The translations under genes were made by a program, and so were the position numbers. The notes beneath the pieces are model-generated. The model ran no database searches. It saw nothing but the letters and a program-made list of their open reading frames with translations, and was not told where the DNA came from. From a virus (taxonomy: Duplodnaviria; Caudoviricetes), in IMG/VR virus record IMGVR_UViG_3300028591_000084: 64,000 bases of DNA, one strand, 5' to 3'. Shown here in pieces: positions 1 through 8,712 of the stretch. How positions within the stretch are numbered: position 1 is the first letter of the stretch; every line of letters starts with the position of its first letter.

Positions 1-853
1 GTTTCTTAAACAAATCAACGTCTTCAACATTAGTATAGTCTCCGTGTAAGATTTCCTGGATAACTTGATTAGCGTCACAATACTGCTTCTTTGTTCTACG
101 CATACCATTGTGACTCCCTGTAGCTCCTAATGAATCCCAATAAGATTTATAAGCATAAAGACTTATTTGGTCCCTTAGATCTTCAGGTATCTCATTATAC
201 ATCTCGTCATAAGTTATAATCTGAGGATCCTGACCAGATCTTGGAAGCTTTAAGACAGGGCATTTTGGAGTAGTCGAGTAGTTCAAATCCGAATCTTGTG
301 TTACTATGATGGAAGGTTTATCATCAATACTAAATAGCATCATACTGGCTAGATAAGCTAAGTTATCAAACTCCCATCCAGGTACACTAAGACTAGGAAC
401 ACCAAACAACTTAAGATTTTGTGCTATTGCTCTCTTAGCTGCTTGACGAACATCATTCTTATAAAGCTTCTCATAGGCCTCATCAAGATCCTCCTTACTT
501 ACTGTTGGATCAGACTTCATTGCCTCATATTTCTCTTTGGTCATATAAGTCCCAAGAGGATTAGCTTTACCTTTCTCTGATTCAATATCTCCTCTACTAT
601 CCTTGTACGCTCCCCCTAAGATTTGAGTAGTAATATATCCTTTACCACCATCCCATTTATCAAGGAGCAGTACCATTTTATCTGCACTAACACCAAAGTC
701 ACGATAGATTTTATTAAAGGTATAAATGCAGCTTCTTATTAAATCCCCTGCTGTATATTCTCCGGGTTTCTTATCCTTACTAACACCAAATAGGTTCTTT
801 TGAAGGATTCCGGAAAAATCAACAAAAGCGTATTTATATTTATTACTGATCAT
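1..853 (-). CDS. 5'-3' exonuclease / flap endonuclease (T4 RNase H-like), runs off the left edge
   Basis: Not in the ORF track. Manual translation from ATG 853 gives MISNKYKYAFVDFSGILQKNLF...GAYKDSR...GWEFDNLA...IIVTQDSDL, matching the FEN/PIN-type motifs (hhD, YKxxR, GxEADD, SxDxD). Confidence 0.75.
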   Translation of the reverse strand, partial: MISNKYKYAFVDFSGILQKNLFGVSKDKKPGEYTAGDLIRSCIYTFNKIYRDFGVSADKMVLLLDKWDGGKGYITTQILGGAYKDSRGDIESEKGKANPLGTYMTKEKYEAMKSDPTVSKEDLDEAYEKLYKNDVRQAAKRAIAQNLKLFGVPSLSVPGWEFDNLAYLASMMLFSIDDKPSIIVTQDSDLNYSTTPKCPVLKLPRSGQDPQIITYDEMYNEIPEDLRDQISLYAYKSYWDSLGATGSHNGMRRTKKQYCDANQVIQEILHGDYTNVEDVDLFKK

Positions 854-921
854 GACTATTCTAAAAAGAAGAGGCAAGAGTCTAAGCTCCTACCCCTTAA
901 AGTTATTTAAGTTCCCCTCAA

Positions 922-2265
922 TTAGAAGGGAGCCTCTGAACTACCAGATCCACCAAACCCACTAGCAAAAGAGGGTTGAGTGAACGGTGCCTTTCTTACT
1001 TCTTGGCTCTTCTGTTGTTGTTGACCGCCATTATCTGGAGCCATAGGAGCGCCAGAAATAGGATCAAGATGACTAGCTGCTGGGTTCTGGAAGGGATTCG
1101 TATTATTTTCTACGATCCTTTGACTATTCTCGTTGGTTACGAAGTTATTTCCTCCACCGAAACCTCCAGCCCAAGAACCTTGACCCTGCTGTTGCATAGC
1201 TTCACGAGCCATATCAGCGAGAATTGGGTCATTTGTCTCTACACCACCAGCATTAGTGGGCTTCTGATGAGCCAATACTGTTTGATTAGTAGCTTCAATT
1301 GCTTCTTCAATACTTGTTCCGCTTTCCTTAGCCAGTCTCGTTTTAGCAAGAATATTTGTCATATAATCAATAGCCTCACGAATTAGATTTCTATTGAAAA
1401 GACGAGCCTGATCGGCAGGAACATCATCATCCTCTCTATTAGCTTGCCAACCGAGGAACAGTTTTACAGGATTTTGCATGATTTGAGCATCTTCCTCTGG
1501 AATTACTACATCCTTGAGATATTGGCCAGCATTAAGAGAGTGTTGAACAGAGATACTAAAGCCCGGAGAGTCTGACTTACTAATACTGAAAATCAGAAAT
1601 CCCTTACGACCGGATAGCTCTCTGTTGTAGATGTCGTTAACCCATTCAGAATCACCCATACCACTGGTCAAGTTAATATCAGAAATATTATTACCAATAA
1701 TATCGGGGAATCCTTTACTAGTTACTACAAGAAGACCACTAAAGTTCTGCCTAATAGGATTGCGAGAATCACCAAGACCCCAATAATTCAATACACGGGC
1801 CATAACTAGGGTGTAACACTTTCTACGAATCAAACCACCAATAGTTGGATCCATAGCTTTATTTCTCACATCAAGTTCCTTATACAACTCTTCATAAATC
1901 TGATAAGCTTGATCAAGTAACTCTTCATCAGCAGCTGTAAGGCTAGAAACCTCACGGCCGGTTGAAGGATCCTTAATTGTATAAGCACTCTTAGGCAAAA
2001 GTTTGATCCAGGCAGAATAAGTCTGCTCTGTTCCATCACTCATCACATTTCGACGGGGCATCTTAATCTCTCTCGTATTCTGGAGGACAACGAAAGGAAA
2101 ATCGTTAATCACACTAGTCAACGGGAGGAGCTGATACTTGCCAAAATTGCTTTTTGCATTAGTAAAAATAGTCTCCACTGTACGACGCTTCACAAACTGT
2201 TTCTTCTGTTTTGTAGGTGAAATTGTCTGAAGTTTTTCCAAAAACGAATCTACATTCTGAATCAT
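922..2265 (-). CDS. hypothetical protein, possibly single-stranded DNA-binding protein
   Basis: 447-aa ORF with a low-complexity Gly/Gln C-terminal tail ending EAPF (SSB-like tip). It sits beside the exonuclease and has its own promoter motif at 2341-2361. Confidence 0.4.
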   Translation of the reverse strand: MIQNVDSFLEKLQTISPTKQKKQFVKRRTVETIFTNAKSNFGKYQLLPLTSVINDFPFVVLQNTREIKMPRRNVMSDGTEQTYSAWIKLLPKSAYTIKDPSTGREVSSLTAADEELLDQAYQIYEELYKELDVRNKAMDPTIGGLIRRKCYTLVMARVLNYWGLGDSRNPIRQNFSGLLVVTSKGFPDIIGNNISDINLTSGMGDSEWVNDIYNRELSGRKGFLIFSISKSDSPGFSISVQHSLNAGQYLKDVVIPEEDAQIMQNPVKLFLGWQANREDDDVPADQARLFNRNLIREAIDYMTNILAKTRLAKESGTSIEEAIEATNQTVLAHQKPTNAGGVETNDPILADMAREAMQQQGQGSWAGGFGGGNNFVTNENSQRIVENNTNPFQNPAASHLDPISGAPMAPDNGGQQQQKSQEVRKAPFTQPSFASGFGGSGSSEAPF

Positions 2266-2340
2266 AATTAAATAAATAAAATAAATTAAATAATATAAAT
2301 AAATAAATTAATCACTAGTGAGGGAAACTTAATCTTCCCT

Positions 2341-2361
2341 CAATAATAAGAATTTAAGGGG
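2341..2361 (-). promoter_or_regulatory. phage promoter motif CCCCTTAAATTCTTATTATTG
   Basis: Matches the window-wide consensus CCC-N7-YCTTA-N4-TG, upstream of 922..2265. Confidence 0.6.
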
Positions 2362-2455
2362 ACGTTAGGTAACTTTTTTACATTTCAGAAAGAAAAATTG
2401 AGAAAGCAATATTATACTTTCTCTGTTTGATTTTTGACGAGATTTCAAGGGAAGT

Positions 2456-2490
2456 AAAAAAAAAAGGTCCAGGATTTTACTCCTAGACCT
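2456..2490 (-). terminator. intrinsic terminator closing the tRNA / DIP1984-like / ncRNA unit
   Basis: Minus strand AGGTCTAGGA-GTAAAA-TCCTGGACCT followed by a long T run. Confidence 0.75.
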
Positions 2491-2500
2491 AAAACACTCA

Positions 2501-2804
2501 ACTAAGCAGCCTTGACGATGAGGCCGAGGGTACAACTGCAAAACCTCTACACTGGTTTGTGTACGTCGTTGAACCAAGGATTTTATCTATCTTTGATCTT
2601 TCGTCTTTCATCTTTGATAATAAAAATCTTTGATCTTTGATCTTTTCATCTTTGAACTTTCAGCTTTAAGGTAAAATTACATCTGAAACATATGGAATGT
2701 AACAAATCTAACTATTAATTCCGCTTAGTTTAATCCTAATAAGAAATCTACCTTTTTAGCCTCTAGTAGAAAGAGAGCGTTATTTTTAGCCTCTTTCGCT
2801 TAGT
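2501..2804 (-). ncRNA. candidate structured ncRNA with AAAGNNN heptamer array
   Basis: 5' ACUAAGC (2804-2798) pairs with 3' GCUUAGU (2507-2501). Ten AAAGNNN units at 2588-2667. 3' domain has CCUUG/CAAGG, GACG/CGUC and UACAC/GUGUA stems. Confidence 0.6.
2588..2667 (-). repeat. tandem 7-nt repeat AAAGNNN x10 (6+4)
   Basis: AAAGCTG AAAGTTC AAAGATG (A)AAAGATC AAAGATC AAAGATT -TTTATTATC- AAAGATG AAAGACG AAAGATC AAAGATA. Confidence 0.9.
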
Positions 2805-2812
2805 AAATATTT

Positions 2813-3436
2813 TTATATCTCAATTTTTGTGGTGCTATTGCTTTCTGACAGGGCATAGTCAATATTAGAGTTGAAATCCTCAATATACTCTTCCAGATCC
2901 TTGATCATCTTGTTAATATTGCAGGGATCAACCATAGCCACCTCCTTGCTCTTTTCAATATACCTTTCAGCCTCCTCTTTTGCGGCGGCCTTATTTTTAT
3001 CGCTGGTGGCGTCTATTCCACTTATCAGTCTCTCTACTTGAAGGTCATTCTCCCTCAAGGCTTTGTCAAAATCCTCAGTAGCACTCAAAGCTTGTGCCTT
3101 TAGCTTCTTGAGAATCATCATCTTGTATTCGATGAGATTCTTCTTGTTCAGGGCTTCCTGAATAGTCATCTCCTCGTTACAGACTGTTATTGTCGTAATG
3201 CTATTTGACTTATCAATAGCACACTTTATGGCATTGATCCTCTCATAAAGATCCATAACGCTTTGATATCTTTCCTTAGCTTGAGAGATGAAATCCTCCT
3301 TCTTAATTGAAGAATAAGGACTTCTCAGCTTAGTACCATGAGATACAGCAACGATGTTCATATCGTTCACTTCTTTTGTAACTCTCGCTTTTAACAGTTT
3401 CAACTCTGCTAATGCTCTAGTAATTGTTAGTTCCAT
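2813..3436 (-). CDS. coiled-coil protein, DIP1984-like family
   Basis: N-terminal ITRALAELKLLKAR, central IDKSN...MTIQEAL and C-terminal IDYALSESNSTTKIEI resemble DIP1984-family proteins. Recognised from memory, not searched. Confidence 0.55.
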   Translation of the reverse strand: MELTITRALAELKLLKARVTKEVNDMNIVAVSHGTKLRSPYSSIKKEDFISQAKERYQSVMDLYERINAIKCAIDKSNSITTITVCNEEMTIQEALNKKNLIEYKMMILKKLKAQALSATEDFDKALRENDLQVERLISGIDATSDKNKAAAKEEAERYIEKSKEVAMVDPCNINKMIKDLEEYIEDFNSNIDYALSESNSTTKIEI

Positions 3437-3476
3437 AAACTTTAAAAAATTAATTAATATCTTTAATATAAGTTTG

Positions 3477-3547
3477 TTGGGCCAGGAGGAGTCGAACCCC
3501 CATCCTTAGAGCCAAATTCTAATGTAATTCCGTTATACCATGGTCCA
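3477..3547 (-). tRNA. tRNA-Gln(UUG)
   Basis: Cloverleaf: acceptor TGGACCA/TGGCCCA (one mismatch), anticodon arm TTAGA-ATTTGGC-TCTAA, T arm GGGGG-TTCGACT-CCTCC. No encoded CCA. Confidence 0.9.
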
Positions 3548-3551
3548 TTAA

Positions 3552-3572
3552 CAATTATAAAGATTTGACGGG
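3552..3572 (-). promoter_or_regulatory. promoter motif CCCGTCAAATCTTTATAATTG upstream of the tRNA
   Basis: Variant of the consensus, ending 5 nt before the tRNA 5' end. Confidence 0.55.
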
Positions 3573-3590
3573 ATTATATTTTCCAAATAT

Positions 3591-3775
3591 AAAAAAGAAA
3601 GGGAGGGTTAGGCTAATTAAACTTTTTGTCTTTAATTCAAAAAACAAGCAAAAACAATTAAAGATGATTGCGGTACCTTTCAATCAAAGTTTCAGCACGA
3701 CCTCCCCGACAGTCTTTATCATACTAACTCGCCTCTCTTGCGCCGTGATTGGTTGATCAGTACTTTCAGACTGTT
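3591..3775 (-). ncRNA. candidate multi-stem ncRNA (~185 nt)
   Basis: Stems ACAGUCU/AGACUGU, UACUGA/UUAGUA, GGGAGG/CCUCCC, GCUGA/UUAGC, AAACUUU/AAAGUUU, GAUUG/CAAUC and UCUUUAAUU/AAUUAAAGA, followed by a U-tract. Confidence 0.55.
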
Positions 3776-3785
3776 ATTTCTATTA

Positions 3786-4055
3786 TTAAGACCCTGACCG
3801 GGTTCTAAGAGTATTTTTCTCCTTTTCAACGATACCCTCTGCTTTTTTTAAGAAATCACTAATACTTTTCTTTGCTTCTTCTGGCAAAAGTTCTGTTGTT
3901 GGTAATGCTGTTTTAAATTCTTTAATTATGTCTTTCGATTTTTCACATTCTTCTATTGACACTAAAGAATCAGCACTTACTAAACACCCAAGTACTAACC
4001 AAAGCGCTTCATTTTTATATAACTCATCAAGAATATTTATACCCATAAGCTCCAT
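3786..4055 (-). CDS. hypothetical protein
   Basis: 89-aa ORF co-oriented with its neighbours. Confidence 0.6.
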   Translation of the reverse strand: MELMGINILDELYKNEALWLVLGCLVSADSLVSIEECEKSKDIIKEFKTALPTTELLPEEAKKSISDFLKKAEGIVEKEKNTLRTRSGS

Positions 4056-4107
4056 TAAAAAAGTCCTGAAGTGCTTAATTAATTAAACACCCCAAGACCG
4101 ATAGTTA

Positions 4108-4752
4108 TTATTCTTCGTTTCTGAGATCTCTAAGTCTGAAATATCTATCTACACTATGATTATGAGTAATGTCATGAACATCATATTCTTTCGAATTATC
4201 TCGATCATAGGAAATAATAAAATCTTCAAAATGAACATAAGAGTCTCTCAAAACTTTCTTCAATGTTTCATTCTCTACATACTTCGAACTAGTACCTGGC
4301 TCAACTTCAGCCAAAGTAAGATGTGGCGTATAAGTAGGAAATTTTGATTTAATCTTGTAATACTCCGATAAGGATTTATTTAATTTACTCATTGAAGTAT
4401 ACCAAAAGTTATCATGTTTCAATTTCAAAACTACATAACCACTATCATTTTCAAAATTATCAAGTTCAAATAGATCAAGCACGGGGACAGCATTTTCCTC
4501 AAAACTCTTCTGTCTCTCTAGGTAATCAAATATAGATTCTTTGACAGGAGGATTTGATTTCCACCAACACTTATCAATAGTATCAAAAATATCACCTTTC
4601 TCTAGGAACTTATCAGCAGCATAAAGAACTGTGATATGAGAATCAAACTCAATTCCAGTATCCTTCAGATCAATTTCATCAAAAATAACATTAAGAGATA
4701 CTGGAGTTTCTAAATTCGCTGCTAGCATTAAACAAGAAGTTATACTTTCCAT
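4108..4752 (-). CDS. 2H phosphoesterase, T4 gp57B/Acb1-like
   Basis: Two HxT motifs, SHITVLY and YTPHLTLAE, with spacing typical of 2H phosphoesterases. Confidence 0.7.
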   Translation of the reverse strand: MESITSCLMLAANLETPVSLNVIFDEIDLKDTGIEFDSHITVLYAADKFLEKGDIFDTIDKCWWKSNPPVKESIFDYLERQKSFEENAVPVLDLFELDNFENDSGYVVLKLKHDNFWYTSMSKLNKSLSEYYKIKSKFPTYTPHLTLAEVEPGTSSKYVENETLKKVLRDSYVHFEDFIISYDRDNSKEYDVHDITHNHSVDRYFRLRDLRNEE

Positions 4753-4760
4753 ACCGCTTA

Positions 4761-7700
4761 TTATTTCTGATTCTTAAGTCTGAATTTAACCTTCATCTCG
4801 TTAACTCTATCCTTAAGAGCTGAACCACCTTGATTATAACCCTTAGAGTCTGTTATAGTTAGACCTAATCCAAGTAAGTGATTGAGGAAGGTTTGGTTGT
4901 CTACTATAGAGGTATCCCCTCTAGCAGACTCGATAAATCCCTTAGCGCCTCTAGCCAATAAAGCAGTAAGCTCCATTTCACCAACAATCTGGCCAGTAAC
5001 TCTATAACGACCACGGCCCATTATTGGACTATCCTTCCACTCATTGACATCCACGCCAAACATAGAGGAAGTTACTTTATTGCTATAAGAAGGAATATGA
5101 TAAAGTTGAAGCAAAGTGAGAGGACCACAGTTAAGAGGCTTATCAATCTCAGTATATTTGCCTTCCATGTCCTTTGTTACCTTCAAATATTCCTCTTCAC
5201 CTAAGGCATCTTTTAATTCTTTAAGATCTGCTACTGTCTTTGTAGGAATGAGAATCCTACTTTGAGGCTTAACCCCTAGCTCATTTGCCCATTCATCCAG
5301 AAGTTGAGGTGTATATTTCAAACTATAGGATCCTACATTAAAGTAGTACATATCCTCTATTTTTGAATTATTATGCATCTCAATTACTTCTTCTACAGTC
5401 TTGCCGTTAAATCTACCTGGATAGTACTTTTCAAGCAAGGGAAGAATCTCCTTCTGTTTTATTTTTGATGTTTTATATGATTCTACTAAGTCATGGATTC
5501 TATAAGCTATTTTAGATAAGAGCTGTTCCATGTTTACTCCAGGAATTTTACGATTGACTGTTGAATAAGGGTTCATTACAACTTCAACAACTCTCTTTTC
5601 TCCAGTAGAATCATCAATCATAACGGGCATTTCGTCATCGGGCAAAATCTTACTGATAACACCCTTACCTCCAAATCGATTAGTAATTTTCGAACCGACC
5701 AAAAGATCTGTTCTCTTGATTAATCTTACTCTAACCTTATATACGAGTTTGGGGCTAGCATCATCCAAAACAATAGGACGAAGTCTATCAGCGGCTACAT
5801 AATCAGGTAATCTACTGTAAATCTCTTTCTTTCTAGACTCTTCTAATTTATCTTGATAGCCTTTAACAAGATCTTTAGCCATATAAGCCAGTGTTCTATC
5901 TGGAAGCTTAACGCCGCCTTTGACTTTCGGATTTACATTCTCCTGAATCAAAACATCAGAAACATAAGCTTCATCAATATTATTAGGTACAATAAGATCA
6001 TTAGCAATAGTATATTCACTAAGATTCTTACCCGCACCAAACATAGAACCTAACTGTCCCTGAATAACTTGATTAGCTTTATCTAACTCGATAACTTTAT
6101 AGGTCTTCACAACAGACTCCTTACTCTTAACCTTACTACCGATGGGTGCTATCCACTTAATTATTTCAGTGTTTTTAACATCCATACAGAGATCGATAAT
6201 ACTGTAAGAACACATCTTGCTTGCAAAGGACCTGCTTACTACTAGGGCGTCCTCATTAACGTATCCAAACATAGCGTGGAATAGTACAAGTGCATTAATA
6301 CCAGACTTATACGTATCCTTCTCTAAATTAACAGCTCCCACAATAACGTCGCCCTTCTTAACTTTATCACCTACCTTAACTTTAGGTTGGGTATAAACAT
6401 CGACATCATTAACTGACTGAATTGCAGATCTTCTTGGGATCTCAACTGTATCTTTATTCGGGAGCTCAATGACTACATTCTCCTCGGTAATTTCTTTAAC
6501 AACACCAGACTCCTCACGGAATCTATCGTTCAGGACATTTGATGATAGTTCTTCATAATTACCGGTATCAACAAGCGGTCGTTCTGCATTCGGTAAGGGG
6601 ATTGATTGTTTTAACCGTTGGATTTTAGAAATTATCTTTCTAAGTTAGACTATATCATCGAGTTATAGGTATAGTCGTTGAACACTGAAAGGATTTGTAT
6701 GCCCGGGCTGTTTTCATCCAATCAATGCTGCCGATTTGTTTTCTTACTTTCCGGCAATTCTTATAATTTTTAGAGCACATTAATACTATGCTCGATCCCA
6801 TGTGAATACGAACTGAATCTGAATAGTTAATAAAAGGTATTTGTCTGACCTCTTCCGACAACCTATAGTCAGGATGTTTATCAACAAGCTCCACTTCATT
6901 AGCAGGAACCATGATTTTTTTCATCCTATACTTTACCATGACCTCGCCCTTTTCATTTGGCTTAATCACATTATTGTCATAATCTACAAATTCAGAAGCA
7001 CAAACCTTCTTGTTTAAGTAGTCAAGATAAGGAATTGTGATAGGCTCAAAATTAGGAGTCATCACGTCAAATAATACATCTTCATCTGTTACATGAGTAC
7101 TAACCGTCAAAGCATTTTGTTTGTTCATGTTTTGGTTATTAGGTGTTGCCCCTACACAGATGAGATCACTAAAGGTTGAGTTATAGGCTACACTCAGAGG
7201 AACAGTAATCTTATTAGTGATAGATTCAATATTGATGGCATTAATACCTGTCGAAATCTGAATATCTTGCTCACCTTCCGATTTAGTTGAAGATCCTTTC
7301 CAGAACTTGGCACATAACATCGTAAGTACCTTAATACCGCCCTTCTCTGGCTCCATCAGTTTGCCCTGATTAGTCCAGTAATTTCGAATCTTCTTCTTTG
7401 TTCCATAAAAATTCTTTCTATTACCTCCATTAAAGATAAAATCCATAAAACCTGCTGGAACAGACTCAATTTTCTTATCAATAATCAAATCCTTAATCCA
7501 ATCATCACCAAAGGCTATACAATCCTGAATAAGCTTTCTGGTGATATACTCAGGTTTATAGTCCAGATCTAATTTAATCTGGAGCTTTTTAACTTGTCTA
7601 TCGGTAAGTCTGAGTGCCTCTTTTTCAAGACCGGAGACTTCATCAATGGCGTCGTAAGGATATTCTTTAACCCTTTCAGAAAAACCCAATAGAGGATTAT

Positions 7701-8115
7701 TTCGTCTAATCTTCAGAATTTGTTTGTCTATGTCATATTGATGGTCATAGTCAAAATTTATATAACGCTTCTTCCCCGCTAGGTTAATACGACAATCATA
7801 ATCGTTTCCTAGTGTGTTAGTTGCAATTCTAAAAGCACCCTCGATAATAAAAACACCATCGATCTCTCGAGGAACCTCAAATTCTGAATATCTAACAACG
7901 TCATCATAGTTGATCGTATACTCAAGTACTACCTTGTGAGTAGCAGTTAGACCATTCTCCACATAATATGAAGCTGGTTCACTCGGCTCTTCCGCTAAGT
8001 GCCACTTGAGATCCGTTAGTTTATTAGAACTGTAATCATCAATTCCATAACTAAAGAACCGCTCAACCATTATTTGTGCTCCTTTGTTCTTGAAATACTG
8101 ATTAAAATTACTCAT
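4761..8115 (-). CDS. rpoB: phage multi-subunit RNA polymerase beta subunit, spliced join(8115..6788,6615..4761), 1060 aa
   Basis: Motifs IPFINYSDSVRIHMGSS^MLKQSIPL (cf. RALMGSNMQRQAVPL), GYVNEDA, GSKITNRFGGKGVIS, VMNPYS and GQIVGEME. The ORF track shows it as two pieces. Confidence 0.92.
6616..6787 (-). mobile_element. group I intron (172 nt, ORF-less) in RNAP beta
   Basis: P1 exon GAGCAU pairs with IGS GUGCUC (U.G at the splice site). P10 UUAAU pairs with 3' exon GUUAA. R element UUCAACGACUA, S element GAUAUAGUCU, terminal G. Splicing restores AT|G (Met) in frame. Confidence 0.88.
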
Positions 8116-8116
8116 T

Positions 8117-8488
8117 TTATAATAGAATTTTTAAATTTATCTGCTTAAAATCGCAGTCCATTGAATTAAAATATTCCTCTAACTCTTTCTTAGCTGCTTC
8201 CTTAATCTTAGAGGCCTCCACATATTCTTCCATGGGTAGACCAACAGTAGACAAGAAATATGCCTCAAAAGTAATTAAATAATTAAATGAGTCCTTTCTT
8301 TGATACATACTGAGCTTTACAAAAAACTTATCATATCGGTCCTCGCTAACTAAAGAACTAAGTCTTTCATACAACGTCTCCCTGGCACTAAGTTTATCTG
8401 GCTCAGTACTTTCTAAAACATTATAAGGAACTTCATAAGTTAGAATTATTCTATAGTGATAATCACTTTCGTTGTTCTTATCTAACAT
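8117..8488 (-). CDS. hypothetical protein between the RNAP genes
   Basis: 123-aa ORF tightly packed between beta' and beta. Confidence 0.7.
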   Translation of the reverse strand: MLDKNNESDYHYRIILTYEVPYNVLESTEPDKLSARETLYERLSSLVSEDRYDKFFVKLSMYQRKDSFNYLITFEAYFLSTVGLPMEEYVEASKIKEAAKKELEEYFNSMDCDFKQINLKILL

Positions 8489-8493
8489 AACAC

Positions 8494-8712
8494 TTAAAAT
8501 TCCATTTCCATCATGTTTCCACTACTAACCATTGGTGTAGCGGCCTCTTTTTTCTTTTTTCCTGACTCTTTAATGGGTTTGGGCGTTACAGCCACCGGAG
8601 AAGGAGTGCTGACTGCTGATTTAACAATCTTGCCATCCTTCTTCAGTGTGACTATAATCTCTAGCTCATTCTCAAATTCAGGAACCTCAAATTCTATTTT
8701 AAGATTTCCCAT
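8494..8712 (-). CDS. small hypothetical protein between the RNAP genes
   Basis: 72-aa ORF abutting the beta' stop codon. Confidence 0.6.
   Translation of the reverse strand: MGNLKIEFEVPEFENELEIIVTLKKDGKIVKSAVSTPSPVAVTPKPIKESGKKKKEAATPMVSSGNMMEMEF

Noticed and set aside
2365-2577. 70-aa minus-strand ORF
   Set aside because: TTG start, and it runs through the ncRNA 3' domain and a terminator/poly-T tract.
3565-3756. 63-aa plus-strand ORF
   Set aside because: Antisense to the local gene direction, TTG start, and coincides with a structured minus-strand element.
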